This document shows, piece by piece, positions 46,381-46,825 of a stretch of DNA of 46,825 nucleotides. Each line of letters opens with the position of its first letter. The stretch's first letter is position 1. The notes under the pieces are model-generated. The model saw only the letters and a list, made by a program, of their open reading frames with translations, was not told the DNA's origin and did no database searches. The DNA is from Rhizaria sp. SCN 62-66 (lineage: Eukaryota): the NCBI GenBank assembly GCA_001724265.1, contig MEDY01000234.1, forward strand, positions 1-46,825, in the 5' to 3' direction. The translations under genes and the position numbers were made by a program.

Positions 46381-46825
46381 TTACATCAAGAAAAGAGACA
46401 TAGCGAGCAGTGCGATAAGCATTGCACTTGCAGAAAATGACAAAGCAGCAGCGCCACTAACCTTGCCGCACGTTCCGTCAGCCAAACAAACGCCGGAGAG
46501 ACAGTCCGCGTTCTCGGCACAGGGCTGAGGCGGAGAGTCCGTCAGCGAGCGGAACGACACGGGCGGCGTGCTCGTGAGCGACAAAGGATACGTCGTGTTG
46601 ACGCCCGCAACTGTGGTCGTGAGAGTCATGTCGAACAGCCTCTTGTAACTTGTCACAAAGTTGCACACGACGGAGGGAGCCACGGGTTGAAAGCCACCAG
46701 TCTGCAAAGACACCTTATTGCCGCTGGCAACAACAGCATTTGTCACAGCGACGCAGTTGTGCACGTGCGAGCTGAGCGTGAACGTGTCCTCAGCCTCCAG
46801 CAGCGCAAATGCGCCAATTGGCGCA
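46381..46825 (-). CDS. 3' end of a secreted, probably GPI-anchored surface protein (truncated by the window edge)
   Basis: The frame is open from the window end. A Cys-rich CAENADCLSGVCLADGTC module is followed by small residues SGAAA and a hydrophobic C-terminus LSFSASAMLIALLAMSLFLM then TAA, typical of a GPI signal. Confidence 0.7.
   Translation of the reverse strand, partial: APIGAFALLEAEDTFTLSSHVHNCVAVTNAVVASGNKVSLQTGGFQPVAPSVVCNFVTSYKRLFDMTLTTTVAGVNTTYPLSLTSTPPVSFRSLTDSPPQPCAENADCLSGVCLADGTCGKVSGAAALSFSASAMLIALLAMSLFLM

Overview
Gene-dense eukaryotic (protist-like, probably flagellated) nuclear DNA. Exons are GC-rich with heavy poly-Ala/Gln/Ser inserts, and introns are short, pyrimidine-rich GT-AG types, mostly with GTACGY donors. 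I reconstructed 13 protein-coding genes by hand: a type-I membrane protein, a divergent SPOUT1-like methyltransferase, an ACOT11/12-like double-hotdog+START thioesterase, a cold-shock-domain protein, a Sel1-repeat protein, BUD32/TP53RK kinase, an FLVCR/SLC49-type MFS transporter, an N-acylated (MGCGSS) protein, a ~3050-codon low-complexity protein, a BRD8-like bromodomain protein, a BAP31-like ER protein, CC2D2A/MKS6, and the 3' end of a GPI-anchored protein. The main discovery is a probable non-standard nuclear genetic code. Eight in-frame TAG codons interrupt six otherwise intact genes, including one inside the conserved CC2D2A motif GDWE*HAVLLCNYF. No in-frame TAA or TGA occurs in any model, and all 13 genes end in TAA (8) or TGA (5), never TAG. 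TAG therefore appears to be a sense codon uncoupled from TAA. Glu is the best-supported meaning and Gln is the alternative. Family assignments come from remembered motifs, not database searches.
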